A stretch of 63,763 bases of DNA, counting the filler, from Folioceros fuciformis (lineage: Eukaryota), in the NCBI GenBank assembly GCA_049999805.1. It is 5 parts of 5 records of this genome, joined end to end, with 100 filler letters (N's around TTAATTAATTAA, not from the genome) between each part and the next. Parts side by side here need not be neighbours in the genome. Positions count along the whole stretch, not along the records: positions 1 to 2,823 come from JBNGIO010006160.1; positions 2,924 to 22,225 come from JBNGIO010006162.1; 3 more parts are not named here. One strand, 5' to 3'. The notes under the pieces were generated by a model. It had not been told where the DNA came from and made no database searches. It was given only the letters and a program-made list of their open reading frames with translations. Positions 1 through 12,509 of this stretch are shown piece by piece. Numbering within the stretch: the first letter of the stretch is position 1; each line of letters begins with the position of its first letter. The position numbers and the translations under genes are program-made.

Positions 1-2823
1 GATCCTGGGAGTGCGCCCCGGTTACTGTGATAGCTCCCTAGCTCGGAATTCTCCAGGGCGAAGCACATCACATACCTGGCAGAGGAAAACAGAGAAAGGA
101 GAGACTGCGCACAGTTGAGAGGAGTAGAAGTGGTGCGCGCCACCAAAACATCACCATAGCACCATGAAGCCCGTGACGGCTCGTCCGTGACAGACGTGGA
201 GCTGACAGTGACCTGCTGAAAACGCTTGCGCCCCACCACTACCGGCAGACGGTTAGTTTCTGTGCCATAGCATACAGCTGCTCCTGACTGGTTGTATCGT
301 ACCGGCTTGATCCAGGAGAAGCCCGATGCAGATGAGATGCTAGTCTGATCTAGCAGTAAATTGTGTTGATGTAGATTCCGATTCTGTAGGGGAGAAAATC
401 TCCATCTCCTCCAAACCAAGTGACCGCGTGTGCTGCTCATGTAGTGGCTTGGCTAAGCCTTTCGTAAACAAATCTGCCACATTGTAAGCTGTAGGTACAT
501 AACTGAGCTGGATTACTTTCTGCTCTACAGCTTGCCGAATATAATGAAACTGGATTTCGATATGCTTGGAGCGTGCGTGGAGGACCGGATTTGCAGAGAG
601 TGCAATTGCGGACTGGTTGTCGCACTGTAATATAGTTGGCAGTTGCTGCTCCATATTGATGTCTAAAAGAAACTGTCTTATCCAGGTTATTTCGCGAGCT
701 GCCAGGGAGAGTGCACTGTACTCGGCCTCAGTAGATGAGAGGCTAATAGTGGAGAGCTTCTTGCTCTGCCAACTGATGGCGGAGCCGCACAAAAGGGTAC
801 AATATGCAGCAATCGACCTCCTACTGTCAATGTCTTCGGCCGAATCTGCGTCAGAGTAACTGGTAAGGTAAAAATTATCTGCCTTGGTATACTTCAAACA
901 ACGATTACTAGTTCCCTTCAGGTAACGGAGGATTCGTTTGACTGCCACCCAATGTCGTTTCCCTGGGTTAGACAGGAAACGTGAGACAAGTCCAGTAGCA
1001 TGTGAGATGTCGGGCCGAGTCCAACTGGCCAAGTACAGTAAGCTGCCGACAACTTCCCGATAAGGTATCATTGACATCTCAGCCTTTTCCGATGTTGTAG
1101 TAGGGCAGTCTGCCAGAGATAATTTTTCGCCGGATGCAGAAGGAGTTGACACAGGATTGATATTCTGCAATGTGAACTTGGTCAAGATCTGGCGGATGAA
1201 GTGTTCCTGGGACAAGGTAACCGAGTGTGCTGTGGGGTCGAAGAAGAACTGAATCCCTAGAGCAAAACGTAAAGGGCCGACATCCGTCATATCCCATTCT
1301 TCAGAAAGCTGCTGTTTGATATACGTAAGTATCCCATCATCACTGGCGAATATGAAGTTATCATCCACATATAATGCTATAATGCACAACTGGTTTTCCC
1401 TGTGCAGAATATAAACAGTAGAGTCGGCAGTGATTGGCTGGAAACCAAGTGCACAAAGTTTCGCATCAGCCCGGCCGTTCCAGACACGAGCTGACTGCTT
1501 CAAACCGTAAATGGATTTGAGGAGTTCACAGATAAGGTCAGGATCAAACACATAACCCTTTGGGTGCTCCATATAGATAGTTTCATCTAAAGGGCCATTT
1601 AAAAAGGCTGTTTTGACGTCCATCTGATGGACAAGAAGTCCCTGTTGTATGGCAAAACATAGTAGTATACGCATTGATGTGGGCTTTACGACAGGGCTAA
1701 ACGTTTCGTTGTAATCAAGACCTTGCACTTGGGTGTAGCCACGAGCAACAAGGCGGGCCTTGTACCTTGCAACAGACCCATCAGGATGTAGCTTCAACTT
1801 GAAGACCCATTTGCTGGTAATGGCTCTCCTCCCAGCTGGTAATTTAACCAGTCGCCAAGTGTGGTTATCCATCAAGGATTTGTACTCGCTATCTATTGCT
1901 TTCTGCTAGTCATGTTTATGTGGGGAACTGAGAGCTTCCTTGTATGTGAGTGGCGTGTCAGGATGTTCCATAATGGTCATGGCTGTGTGCTGAGACACTT
2001 GGGCTAGGCTGACACGTGAGCTATCGAAAACACTGACGTCAACAGCAGACCGGGAGACTAAGGAATTACCAGGCTCGTAAGGGGGGTCTAGCCAGGCTGA
2101 ACGAGGACGATGAGGACGTGAAGAACGACGAAAAGGTATATTCATTTGCTCTGGAGCTCCCGGATCAGTGGCTTCTGTAAGACCTAGATCATCCCTCTCA
2201 GGCAAAGGCATGTTTATCTCGGCAGGTGGGAGGCCATCGTTCAAGCTGTTCGTCGAGGCTGGCTGTGGATTATCCAGGGTAGAAGGTACTGTGACTTGTG
2301 CTTCTTCAGAGTCATAGTCAGAAAGAACAAAAGAGGTGTCCTCCAGGTCTGACTGGATAGGCTGATCAGAGAAATAATCTGCTGGAGTAATGCTGTAGAC
2401 AGAGGATACAAGTAAGGGTTCATGACTTGAGCTTGTGCGTGAGTGTGACTGAAGAACAAAAGTTTCATTGAAACTCACACTGTGAGCAATTGATAAGTCC
2501 CTAGTGACGGGATTGTATAACTTGTAACCCTTGATGTGGTCGGAGTAGCCAACGAAGACATGTTTTGTAGCCCTGTTATCCATCTTATAACGTTTGTCTG
2601 CAGGTACATAGGCGTATGCCACAGCGCCAAAAATCCGAAGGTGGCTTATGCGGGGCTTGTGTCCAATCCATCGCTCAAAAGGCGTAATATTGAATAAGGG
2701 CTTCAGTGGAAGGGGATTTGCTACATAGTTAACAGAATCTACCGCTTCAGCCCAATAGCCCCGGGTTAGGCCAGCCAGTGTAAGTGTAGCCCTTGTCCTT
2801 TCTTGTAGTGTCCTGTTATAGCG
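1..2823 (-). mobile_element. Ty1/copia LTR retrotransposon, internal pol fragment (integrase C-term, RT, RNase H), truncated by the scaffold gap
   Basis: ORF 340-1875 has KARLVARG, HQMDVKTAFLNG, YGLKQS, LYVDD and RNase H motifs (SDAD, STEAEY, CDNQSA, ADLFTK). The upstream frame 1906-2823 has integrase-tail FVGYSDHIKGYKLY. One in-frame stop at 1906-1908. No LTR or PPT identified in 1-339. Confidence 0.95.
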
Positions 2824-2923
2824 NNNNNNNNNNNNNNNNNNNNNNNNNNNNNNNNNNNNNNNNNNNNTTAATTAATTAANNNNNNNNNNNNNNNNNNNNN
2901 NNNNNNNNNNNNNNNNNNNNNNN
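2824..2923. other. Artificial scaffold spacer N44-TTAATTAATTAA-N44 (same spacer at 22226-22325, 45094-45193, 60288-60387)
   Basis: An identical 12-mer giving stops in all six frames is centred in a 100-bp N run four times. Confidence 0.97.
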
Positions 2924-2931
2924 TGCTACTG

Positions 2932-4320
2932 GTGAGCAGTGACCAGGGGTCGGAGGACCCTACTGAGCTCGACGGCGACAACGTATCGTCTTCACACTCG
3001 TTGGACTCGTCTGCGTCGTCCTCATCCTCTTGCTCATCGGCTTCTTCATCCTCCTCCTCCTCCTCCTCCTCCTCCTCGTCTCCATCGCCTTCTCCAACTC
3101 CTTCCTGGCCCTCTCGTCGCGTGGAGATGGACGCGGCCGTGTGGAGCAAGCTTCCGGAGGACTTCCTAGAGAGGGTCCTGGTGCGGCTGCCGCTCGTGAC
3201 ACACCTCCGCTTCCGTTCCGTGTGCAAGCAGTGGCGGGCAACCCTATCGTCCCCGGCCTTCCTTCAGCAGCATCGCCTGGCCTCAGCGGCCTCCCCTCCG
3301 CCAATCTGTCTGTGTCAGATCGAGTCAGGGTGGCCAAGGGAGAGGGCCACGCCCGGCGCACTCCCCGCCTCCTCCCCCTCCCGGACCTTCAAGCTGGGTC
3401 TCTCCTTCCTCCCCCACCGGGTGTCCTACCCTCGCCTCCACGACCACGGCCTCATCTGCTTCCGCGCCGAGCCACACCAGGAGCCGGAGCCGGAAGCCAT
3501 GTCCATCCATGGCCAGGACCAGGGCCGCCAAGACCGGGACCAGGACGTGATGCTGCTCTGCGTGTGTAACCCGTTCACCCGGACATGGAGGGAGCTCCCG
3601 GAGTTCGCCTGCCCCCGCTCTCACCAGCTCCGGGTAGCCCTGGCCGCGGACGCCATAGCCGGGTTCCAGGTGGTGGTGTTGCACGGGGAGGTGTCGGATC
3701 AGTGTCACCTGGACCGGAACCTGGGGGGGTGGAGCATCCGGAGTTGTGTTGGCGGGGGGGAATGGAAGGTGAGCCGGGGAGATTCGCCCTGCCCGCTCCT
3801 CAACCGGAGCACCTTCGCGCTGTGCCGGGGACGGCTCTTTGTGCTCGTCTTCGGAGTGCACTTCCTGCTGTACGCGCTGGACGGGCGGCTGCTGCACAGA
3901 TTTCACGTCCACAACCCGTGCATGCACCACGCGGCGCACCGGCTGGTGGAGCACCGTGGGGAGGTGTTCCTCTGCGGCCACTACAGCCTGGTTCCCGGGA
4001 AGCACCTCACGGTGCGGATATGGCAGCTGGAGCAGCGCCGGCTCGTGTTCCAGCAGGTGGCTGCTCTGCCTGAACCGCAGGTCATGGAGCTGGTGCAGGG
4101 CTGGGACATGGCGGATGCCGATGTGGAGCTGCTCGACTGCCGCGCTGTCGGCGACTGCATCTGCCTCCACCTGGAAATCTACAACCTGGTGTCCGGAGTG
4201 GTGCGTAATTTGGTGCTCGCTTTCCACTGCCTCGCTGCGTCCTGGACCCTGTGCTCCATGGAGTACCTTCCTTACAAATCTCTCACCCTCTTCGAGCCGC
4301 GCCTCGATCTTTTCATTTGA
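2932..4320 (+). CDS. Intronless F-box protein with plant F-box-associated (kelch/beta-propeller-like) C-terminus; start uncertain (ATG at 3127, or upstream within the gap)
   Basis: WSKLPEDFLERVLVRLP...RFRSVCKQW F-box motif, followed by HGLIC and VCNPFTRTWRELP, and a C-terminal FEPRL typical of plant F-box proteins. A Ser-rich (TCC)n stretch precedes the F-box. Confidence 0.9.
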   Translation: MSSDQGSEDPTELDGDNVSSSHSLDSSASSSSSCSSASSSSSSSSSSSSSPSPSPTPSWPSRRVEMDAAVWSKLPEDFLERVLVRLPLVTHLRFRSVCKQWRATLSSPAFLQQHRLASAASPPPICLCQIESGWPRERATPGALPASSPSRTFKLGLSFLPHRVSYPRLHDHGLICFRAEPHQEPEPEAMSIHGQDQGRQDRDQDVMLLCVCNPFTRTWRELPEFACPRSHQLRVALAADAIAGFQVVVLHGEVSDQCHLDRNLGGWSIRSCVGGGEWKVSRGDSPCPLLNRSTFALCRGRLFVLVFGVHFLLYALDGRLLHRFHVHNPCMHHAAHRLVEHRGEVFLCGHYSLVPGKHLTVRIWQLEQRRLVFQQVAALPEPQVMELVQGWDMADADVELLDCRAVGDCICLHLEIYNLVSGVVRNLVLAFHCLAASWTLCSMEYLPYKSLTLFEPRLDLFI

Positions 4321-5147
4321 TACAATTTTTCGCCATCTATGCCGCAAGTGAACGATGCCGGGCTCAGCCCAGCTAAGTTTGGAATGGCATATCCGAGCAC
4401 TGCAAGTAAAACAAGGCTAGCATTGCTTGGACCGACTTGATGTGCCTCCCTCCATCACCGGACAGATTCCAGTAAAACCAGTGTCGGGGATCGGACTGCT
4501 GGGAGCTGAAGGATGCGAGTGGGCAAACGGACTCGTGTGATATCAGTAATGAACGTAAGCTGCATACGTTTTATTCATCCCTTATGCCTCGAGGCCGCTC
4601 GTTTTCGTGGCCTGGCATTGAAAGCCTGTCACGCCATTTGTCATGGGCCAACTCATTTTCAGGAAGATCATGGGAGGAAAGACAAATCTTATTTATTTAT
4701 TTATTTATTTATTTATTATAGATAACCAGATTAATTTATCATGCACATGATCCTTACCTAGATCCTCCCAAACCTCCCAAATTGACCTCCGACAGTGGGT
4801 GCTCCTTGTATCTCGGGATAAGATTGGAGAAAATTATGACTTACTTTGGTGTTGTAGAATACTTATTCTTATATGGTATAAGAGCATTCATAAGCAAGAA
4901 ACAATTACAATGATTTGCACACATTTCAATGAGATTGTATCAAACCCATGTAGGTTGGACTTCAGAAATAGAGGTATGAATGACACTTGAAAAATGAAGG
5001 TGGAGTCAAAGCAAGCAATCCACAAGAAAGAAAGATGTGTATGAGCATACCAAATTTGAACTTCCCTTACATGGTATCATCTTGTTCTTTTTCATAGGAG
5101 AGGTGGCCTCAACAAGTCTAGTAGTAACTAGATCCTTTTTCCTTTGA

Positions 5148-6145
5148 ACATGATGTTGTTTTAGGTGCTATTGGTAGTCATTAGGCTTCAGGGGCTATTC
5201 TCAATCCTTTGACCATGATGTTATAGGTGCTATTGGTAGTCATTAGGCTTTACAGGCTAGTCTCAATCCTTTGACCATGATGTTTTAGGTGCTATTGGTA
5301 GTCATTAGGCTTCTGGGGAGAGTCTCAATCCTCTGACCATGATCTTTTAGGTGCTATTGGTAGTCATTAGGCTTCTGGGGAGAGTCTCAACCATGATCTT
5401 TTAGGTGCTATTGGTAGTCATTAGGCTTCACGGGAGAGTCTCAATCCTCTGACCATGATCTTTTAGGTGCTATTGGTAGTCATTAGGCTTTACGGGCTAG
5501 TCTCAATCCTTTGACCATGATGTTTTAGGTGCTATTGGTAGTCATTAGGCTTCTGGGGAGAGTCTCAATCCTCTGACCATGATCTTTTAGGTGCTATTGG
5601 TAGTCATTAGGCTTCTGGGGAGAGTCTCAACCATGATCTTTTAGGTGCTATTGGTAGTCATTAGGCTTGTGGGGAGAGTCTCAATCCTCTGACCATGATC
5701 TTTTAGGTGCTATTGGTAGTCATTAGGCTTTCGGGCAGAGTCTCAATCCTCTGACCACATCTTTTAGGTGCTATTGGTAGTCATTAGGCTTGTGGGGAGA
5801 GTCTCAATCCTCTGACCACGATCTTTTAGGTGCTATTGGTAGTCATTAGGCTTTAGGGGAGAGTCTCAATCCTCTGACCATGTTAGGTGCTATTGGTAGC
5901 CATTAGGCTTCATTTGCTAGTCTCAACCCTTTGATCATGATGTTTTAGGTGCTATTGATTCATTAGGCTTCAGTCGTAAGTCTCAATCCTCTAGCCCATG
6001 ATCTTTTAGGTGCTATTGGTAGTCATTAGGCTTTAGGGGCTAGTCTCAATCCCCTGACCATGATCTTTTAGGTGCTATTGAGGCTTTAGGGACTAGTCTC
6101 CAAACCATGATGTTTTAAGTGCTTGGTAGTCATTAGGCTTCAAGG
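5148..6145. repeat. Minisatellite, ~62-bp unit, ~16 copies, with a 240-bp higher-order duplication
   Basis: AGGTGCTATTGGTAGTCATTAGGCTT recurs at 5163, 5225, 5287, 5349, 5403, 5465, 5527 and onward. 5281-5400 is identical to 5521-5640. Confidence 0.95.
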
Positions 6146-6499
6146 TTGGCCCTAGTATCCTATCATGGTTGGTTTGGCCCTAGTATCCTATCATGGTTTA
6201 TCTCTCGATGTCCTTATCATGGTTTATCTAATAGAGGATGGTTTTTTTTTGGGATGGGACCATACCCTCTAGAGGATGGCCTCTTTACGGTAGATGATTT
6301 TTCATCTTATTTTTGTAAACTAAATAAGAAACTCATTTTTAAGAAGAGACAATGGTTCTTGAGAGAGATTTGCGAGCATGGACACTTCGCCATGGGATGG
6401 GAAAAAGAGATGGGACGTGGCAGGGAGCGGGCGGCATTTTGAGTTGAGAAAAGAAAAGAGAAAAAGTGCTGACTCCGAATTCCAAAATGCCTGTCAATA

Positions 6500-7852
6500 T
6501 TAGCTTTGGGAGAGAGTATTGAATTGTGGTCCTGGTCCTGGTGCTGAACCCCTGGTCCAGGTTCTGTAATCGGTGCCCTGGCTAAGGGCAACGCCAAAGC
6601 AGGCGTTCCTTTTGGTCCTGTCGTTGCCCACATAGTACAGCCTGAAGCTGGCGTCGTCAAGGCAAACGACATGAGGAGCTGCAACAATCCCATTGTCCCA
6701 GGCATCGTCGTCTCCTACTCTGGCTGTGAAAACAGGGCCTCCAGGATGTTTTCCCGAGGCCAAATCCTTCTCCCAGTGCACACCATCCGGGGAAGTGGCA
6801 AGGCCGATGCCATGGACACCGCTTCTGTCCACACCTTCGTAGAACATGAGATACTGCTCTGCCGTCCTCACCACATGGCGTCGGCTGACGCCTCCCTCGT
6901 CCCAACACCCAGGCTCTCCAGCCTGCAGCACTTTGCCCAGTTTATGCCACGAGATGCCGTCCAGGGAAGTGGCCAGCCCGATGGACGAGCGAGGGGGAGA
7001 AGACGGGTCGGAGCTGGCTTCCATGGAGCTGTAGGTCATGAGCCACGTGAGCTGCTGGGACGATGGAGGGGTCACCCTGGCCCAGGCCACGAATGCACCA
7101 TCCCACTCTTTATCGCCGCCCACATCCAGCACCAGGTTGTGTGCGTCCCTCCAGAACTGCACCCCTCTCGCAGACCTCACGAGCCCTACTCTCATGCGCA
7201 TGCCCCGCACCAGCCTACCCTGCCCCAAGGACGCGGCCTCCAGAGACCCTCCCAAGTAGTACATCCACCACTCTCCGTCGTGGTGGAACACGTCGGTGCA
7301 TCCCACGTGCACGCAGTCGAACGCTGAAGGGTTCTGCTCGTCGGGATCCAGAATGGCTCCTTGTGGCAGAGCCCCCGACAGCCTGCTCCAGCTCAACCCA
7401 TCGTCGCTGACAGCCATCCCTACTCTCCCCGTGGAGAGCAGTGCCGGGCTCACCCCGCTGTGCCAGCTGCTGCTGTTCCTGCCGTAGTAATACATCCTCC
7501 AAGCACCTAGCTCTGCACTCGGATCCTTCACCACGATGGGATGAAACACGCACACACTATCCCACCACTCCGGATCCTTGTCCTCGCACAGCCCGAACAT
7601 CCTGCCAGCCCACCTACAAGCAAATATACCATTTCCTCAGCCCAGGCACGTCAAATTCCAACCCACCCACTACAAGTCTCTTCCTCTCGGACGGGAATCC
7701 CACCTGTGATTCGCACCCACGCTGCTCCCTAAGCACTGCCTCCTCGTCAACATCCGCTGGTGGCCACCTGCTCTATGCTGCTGTGATTTCCGGAACCGTT
7801 CCGGGAAAATCCTCATCACTGGCCCGCTGCCGGGGCAGCACACGCTGTGCAT
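6500..7852 (-). CDS. Five-bladed beta-propeller glycoside hydrolase-like protein (arabinanase/levansucrase/invertase superfamily), probably organelle-targeted; 2 exons (~7852-7704, 7613-6500)
   Basis: Repeated blades WDS..VFHP, WRMYYYG, GMAVSDDGLSW, GLATSLDGISW, GLATSPDGVHW. A phase-2 GT-AG intron joins an Arg/Ser-rich N-terminal exon in frame. Alternative ATG at 7885. Confidence 0.85.
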
Positions 7853-8492
7853 CGTCGAAGTAGGGTCAACCTGGAGGGCTGTCATGTTTCCAGTCACCGC
7901 CTCGTTTCTAGCCTGGCTACCATTGATACCAGCCCAGAAGGAGGAGACGAATCTGGCGCTTTTCTGCCCAGCAGATGCTCGCAACCGGATCATTCCTCAC
8001 AGTCCCACACCCCCAGCCGTTCGGGGATGATGATGATCCCAACACACGAACGAGCATGTCTAGCATCTGGACCAGCCTCCGTTGCCCAACATTCACCACC
8101 TTGGTCCCTTCCATAGAAGTATGAACACGTCCGAGACCAGAGCTGAAAGTTTTGCATCCTTATTATCGTAATCCTTGTTTTCCACCGTTGTATCATTTTT
8201 AGACTTGCACTATTTGAATATTATCCTTATATCCCATTCACTCCACTATGGAATATCGATACGGATACGGACAGGAATTCCTTCACAGAAAGTGCAAACA
8301 GTTTGGACATAACGTTTGTGCCCTATGACCGTATGCGCTTGCTTCGGTCATAGGGCACAAAGTACGTGTCTCGATCCGGACACCTACTTTGTTTTATCCC
8401 TCACGTCACGGTCCGTCTCCTCTACTCACACTCATTCCTTTTTTTAGTTAATTAGGGTTAGGGCCGCATCCACGGTTCAGAGACTTCCTTCG

Positions 8493-8925
8493 GACCTGAG
8501 CGTTCACCACCTCCATGCACACCCCTAACCGTTTTGAACCTGAGCGTTCACCACCTCCATGCACACCCCTAACCGTTTCAAACCTCAGCGTTCACCACCT
8601 CCATGCACACCCCTAACCGTTTCGAACNNNNNNNNNNAACCTCAGCGTTCACCACCTCCATGCACACCCCTAACCGTTTCGAACTTGAGCATTCACCACC
8701 TCCATGCACACCCCTAACCGTTTCGAACCTCAACGATCACCACCTCCATGCACACCCCTAATCGTTTCGGACCTCAGCATTCACCACCTCCACGCACACC
8801 CCTAACCGTCTGAGTTCACCTCCTCCATGCACACCCTTAACCGTTTGAGTTCACCCCTAACCGTTTGAGTTCACCCCTAACCGTCTGAGTTCATCGCCTC
8901 CATGCACACCCCTAACCGTCTGAGT
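8493..8925. repeat. Minisatellite, 44-bp unit degrading into shorter units
   Basis: CCTGAGCGTTCACCACCTCCATGCACACCCCTAACCGTTT at 8495, 8539 and onward; a small N gap lies inside the array. Confidence 0.93.
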
Positions 8926-10239
8926 TTTCGCAACTCCAATGTACAAGGGCACGTTCCTTCTTACCTTCCTCGCTATGCGATGTGAGGAGGACAAAGGGAT
9001 AAACAAATGGGGAATGAAATGGGCACATTTATTTCACTACACATGGGTTTGGCTACACATGGTCTCACCCCACAACACACACGCCCCTAAGGCACTGGAC
9101 AGATCCCCCTCCCCCTTCACTATAGAGAGCAAAAGCAGGCAAATGCCTGTCCACGCCCACGAAGTAGCCTCCTCTTGTGTTCAAGCATGTAGGTAGGCAC
9201 TACCTCCTCACCAGCAAGCTATCCTTGCCCTTCCTGCTCCTCATGTCTGCAATGCCATTGCAAGCCTTCAGTGCGGTGACATGTGCTCAATCGTCTGGGA
9301 TCATATCCTGTTGCCCCATCTATTCATACACCCATAAACTCACCTCTCCCTTCCCATTCGGAGTGTATCCCCACATCACGATGAGGCACCCTCTGGAACA
9401 CCGCAAGTTCTAGAAGCAGGAGCGGGAGCTCCCGACGATTGTTCTGAAACGCTGTACCACCTTGAACACCCGTACATGAATCTTAACACACTCTCTCTGG
9501 GGACGAATCTTAAAAGACACTCTGCATGAACCGAAATGAAGAAAGACGTTGTGTCCCTTTCGGTCCACAAAGAGGTTAGAGGTATTTAAAAAAATTTGCT
9601 ATACAGTATATAGGTAGGGTTGGATGAAGTAAAGTAAAGGTATATTCCTTAGATGCTATAAAATATTCAGGTATGAAATACATATTCCAACAAAAAAACA
9701 AGAGTCTATAGTCCGCAGCTATATCCGACTATATACAAGAGTCTATAGTCCGCATCGGTATTCCATACTCCACACCCTAAACCCAAGAGTCTAGTCTAAA
9801 ATTCTCAACACCCTCAACTCTCACAAAAGTTATTTTCTATTATTGAAAGGTTCATCTACTCCAAAGATAAAAAAAGTTATTTTTTATTATTGAAAGGTCC
9901 ATCTACTCCAAAGATAAAAAAAATTATTTTCTATTATTGAAAGGTCCATCTACTCCAAAGATAAAAAGAGAACAACCACGCAACATTTTAAAGGAAAACT
10001 CCTTACCCCTAAACACCCTATATAAAGTACTCAATTTGAAACCCACGCCCGATCTGCCGAAGGACGTGGACATCGACAGGTATCGCTTGGATGAAGCTAA
10101 TTATGTATCTAGCTGCATTTCACACAAAATCTGAGAGTGGGTTTCAAGTTTGAACGCCTTGGGTGCTGGGTGCTTTGAGGAATCGCGCCTCGTACTACTT
10201 CTTCCCGCCCTAGAGGAAGTTCTGGGTTTTGAATCTCTG

Positions 10240-11547
10240 ATGGCATTCATCCTAGACGATGACCTTGCTGCTGCGGACGAGGATCTCCTTGCTGCCATCG
10301 ACCTCGCGGCCGCTCGCAGCCGCTACAGCAGGCATCTCACCGAACCTCGCTTCCGACAAGCGCATTACTCCGAGGATGAGCAAACTCTTGAGGCATCCTT
10401 GCCTCGCTCTAAGCGTCGTCTTTCTCCTCCTCCTCCGCGTGCGAGACCATCTTCTTTGGTCCCTCTGCCTCCTGTTCCGGACGTGGCCTTCTCTAGCAAT
10501 CTCCTTCACATGTCCGTGGCAGGTATGTTGCATTTTGAATTGAACAAGATGGACTTCAATCTTGTTCACCAGCTGATGAGACAGATGCCCCACAATGACC
10601 TTTGACTAGTCGATGGCTTTCTGATACCCCGCATTCTGGTTGCTCCTGAGTATGACGTCAAACTTTTCGCAGGTAATTCACTGTCTGTGACGGAGGAAAA
10701 TGCTGGTGGAGAGAAGTGCTCCTGGATGAGCAGCATGCCTTCTGCTGAACTCTTCAGGTATCATCAAGAGGCGGCGCTGCAGGTACTTCCGCAGTTCCCC
10801 GGCCTTGGTTAGCTGAACCGGGCTCCTTGTCTGTCACTTCTGCGTCTCGGGTGGTAGTCTGAAGATGAGCCGTTTGCTTGTCCAGATTTTGGTTCCCGGC
10901 GACTATGTGATGTTGCAGGGGAAACCATTCTTGAAGAAGTCTGGTGAGGACACAGCCTACAGGCGCAGTAGATCAGGCGTCACTGTGGGATTTGACCTCA
11001 CAAGCGTTCCTCCTCTCTACTGCTTGTAGTGATACCCTTGTGGTGTTTATGGACTGTTTCTGATGGAACTGTACAGGATGGCGCAAAATCGCGTTCTTCT
11101 ACAACATATCATTCGAGATCAAGAGTAAAGAAATTAAATTTGATCCAAGCGGAAGCAGCGTGCTGAGGGCGGAGTTCATTGTCCGCGCTAGCATGCAGTA
11201 CGGGTTTCTCTTGAGCCATTTCTGTACACGACGATAAGTCCTTTGGTATCTGTAGTTTCCTCAGGTTCGTCCTACTTTTCCTCACCGCAGAGTTGCGCTC
11301 GCAGGTCGGGAAGGTTCGCTGACGGGTGGGGATCCTGTGACCGTGGGGAGAAGAGGTTTTCGAAACCTAATCACGACATCCCAAGCACTGCTGAGACCAG
11401 ATCTAAGACGAGAGCGTGTCAGGTCCGAGGTTTTGCACTGCGATTTATTTGTGCCAGCAAATCTGCTGCGCTAACATTCCCTGGCCTTTTCCATTGGTTT
11501 TGCAGGACTTGCTGGGTATCGGCGATAGCAAACTGGATGCTAGATAA
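10240..11547 (+). CDS. Conserved uncharacterised plant-type protein with a Rad52/Sak-like annealase C-terminal motif; 6 exons (10240-10522, 10673-10782, 10886-10943, 11077-11197, 11305-11422, 11506-11547)
   Basis: GT-AG introns splice in frame to ...DYVMLQGKPFLKKSGWRKIAFFYNISFEIK...RAEFIVRASMQSGRFADGWGSCDRGEKRFSKPNHDIPSTAETRSKTRACQDLLGIGDSKLDAR*. The gene model is read from sequence; the fold assignment is inference. Confidence 0.8.
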
Positions 11548-12509
11548 ATCTTCAACCAACAAACTTTCTCCATTCTGCCTGAGATATAAGCTATCTCATT
11601 CTACAGCTTCACATGCAGCTACAACGCACATCGCTGCAATCGACAAACGCTTGATCAGTGTGGTGTTGGTGACTTGAAGTACGAGGCCAGTCCATGTTGG
11701 TAGCGAATCATGCCGGGTGTATCGAAGTGCTCTGATCATCGGCTACTGACGGTCCCGGTAAACACCCAGTTAAGCTGTGCATTTTCACCGAGGAATACTT
11801 TCATGATTGTAGCATTCGGTTCTAAAAGCTGTTGTTAGCTGTGGAAACTAGCGTGTCAACTTTCCACTAGTCACTAGCTTGTTTCAAGACCCTGTTTAGA
11901 ATGCCAAACATGATTTGAAGGTGAGGTGAAAGAGCATCATCCTTTTTGCAGATCTCCAGTATGTACCTATAGAAATGTAACTCAGCAAGAGTCTTCTACG
12001 TTGATGTATGCATGTCATCTCAGTGAGCTGTTTTCTCGTGATACCTACAGTCTTAATATTCCTTTAGTCGCTGAAGATTGTACCACTTTGAGCTGCTTGC
12101 ACCAGCTCTCCTACTTAGCGGCGACGCACATAAAGTGAGAACTGACAACTGATAAGCAGCTAAGTAGGCTAGACATTTTGCCCTGTGGTAATTCTGGTGA
12201 CAGACTCTAGGATATTCGGCTTTAAGTAACTTAGAGACGGATCATCCCGAGACCTTGAGCATAGAGAGAACAGTCCCATTGGATTGCTTCTCCAACACTT
12301 ATATTCAATATGCATCAAACAGGGAAGAAGTACGTAGTCCTGGAAATGGCCATGCTCCCGAGAGGACATTGTCAGAAGATTTGTAGTAAGAGTAGAAGAT
12401 ATGTATGTATGTAGGAGCCCAGTGACTCAGGCATTAAACATGTCAGCGTGGACTCCACACGAGGTACGGCGTCTCAGAGCTCCCGAAAATAGCAGCACGC
12501 GATTTCTGA

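Noticed and set aside
2868-2879. Perfect palindrome TTAATTAATTAA recurring four times
   Set aside because: Always centred in N runs: an assembly linker. The ORFs ending ...LIN are artefacts of it.
3325-4347. 340-aa antisense ORF over the F-box gene (similarly 6671-7327 and 44230-45141)
   Set aside because: Shadow ORFs caused by GC-rich codon usage on the coding strand; no recognisable motifs.
5148-6145. CRISPR-like appearance of the regular repeats (also 8.5, 29.2, 33.2 and 62.3 kb)
   Set aside because: No unique spacers and no cas genes; eukaryotic context; these are plain tandem repeats.
6500-7600. Possible recent bacterial transfer of the glycosidase
   Set aside because: It has a spliceosomal intron and a transit-like exon, and the family is known in plants.
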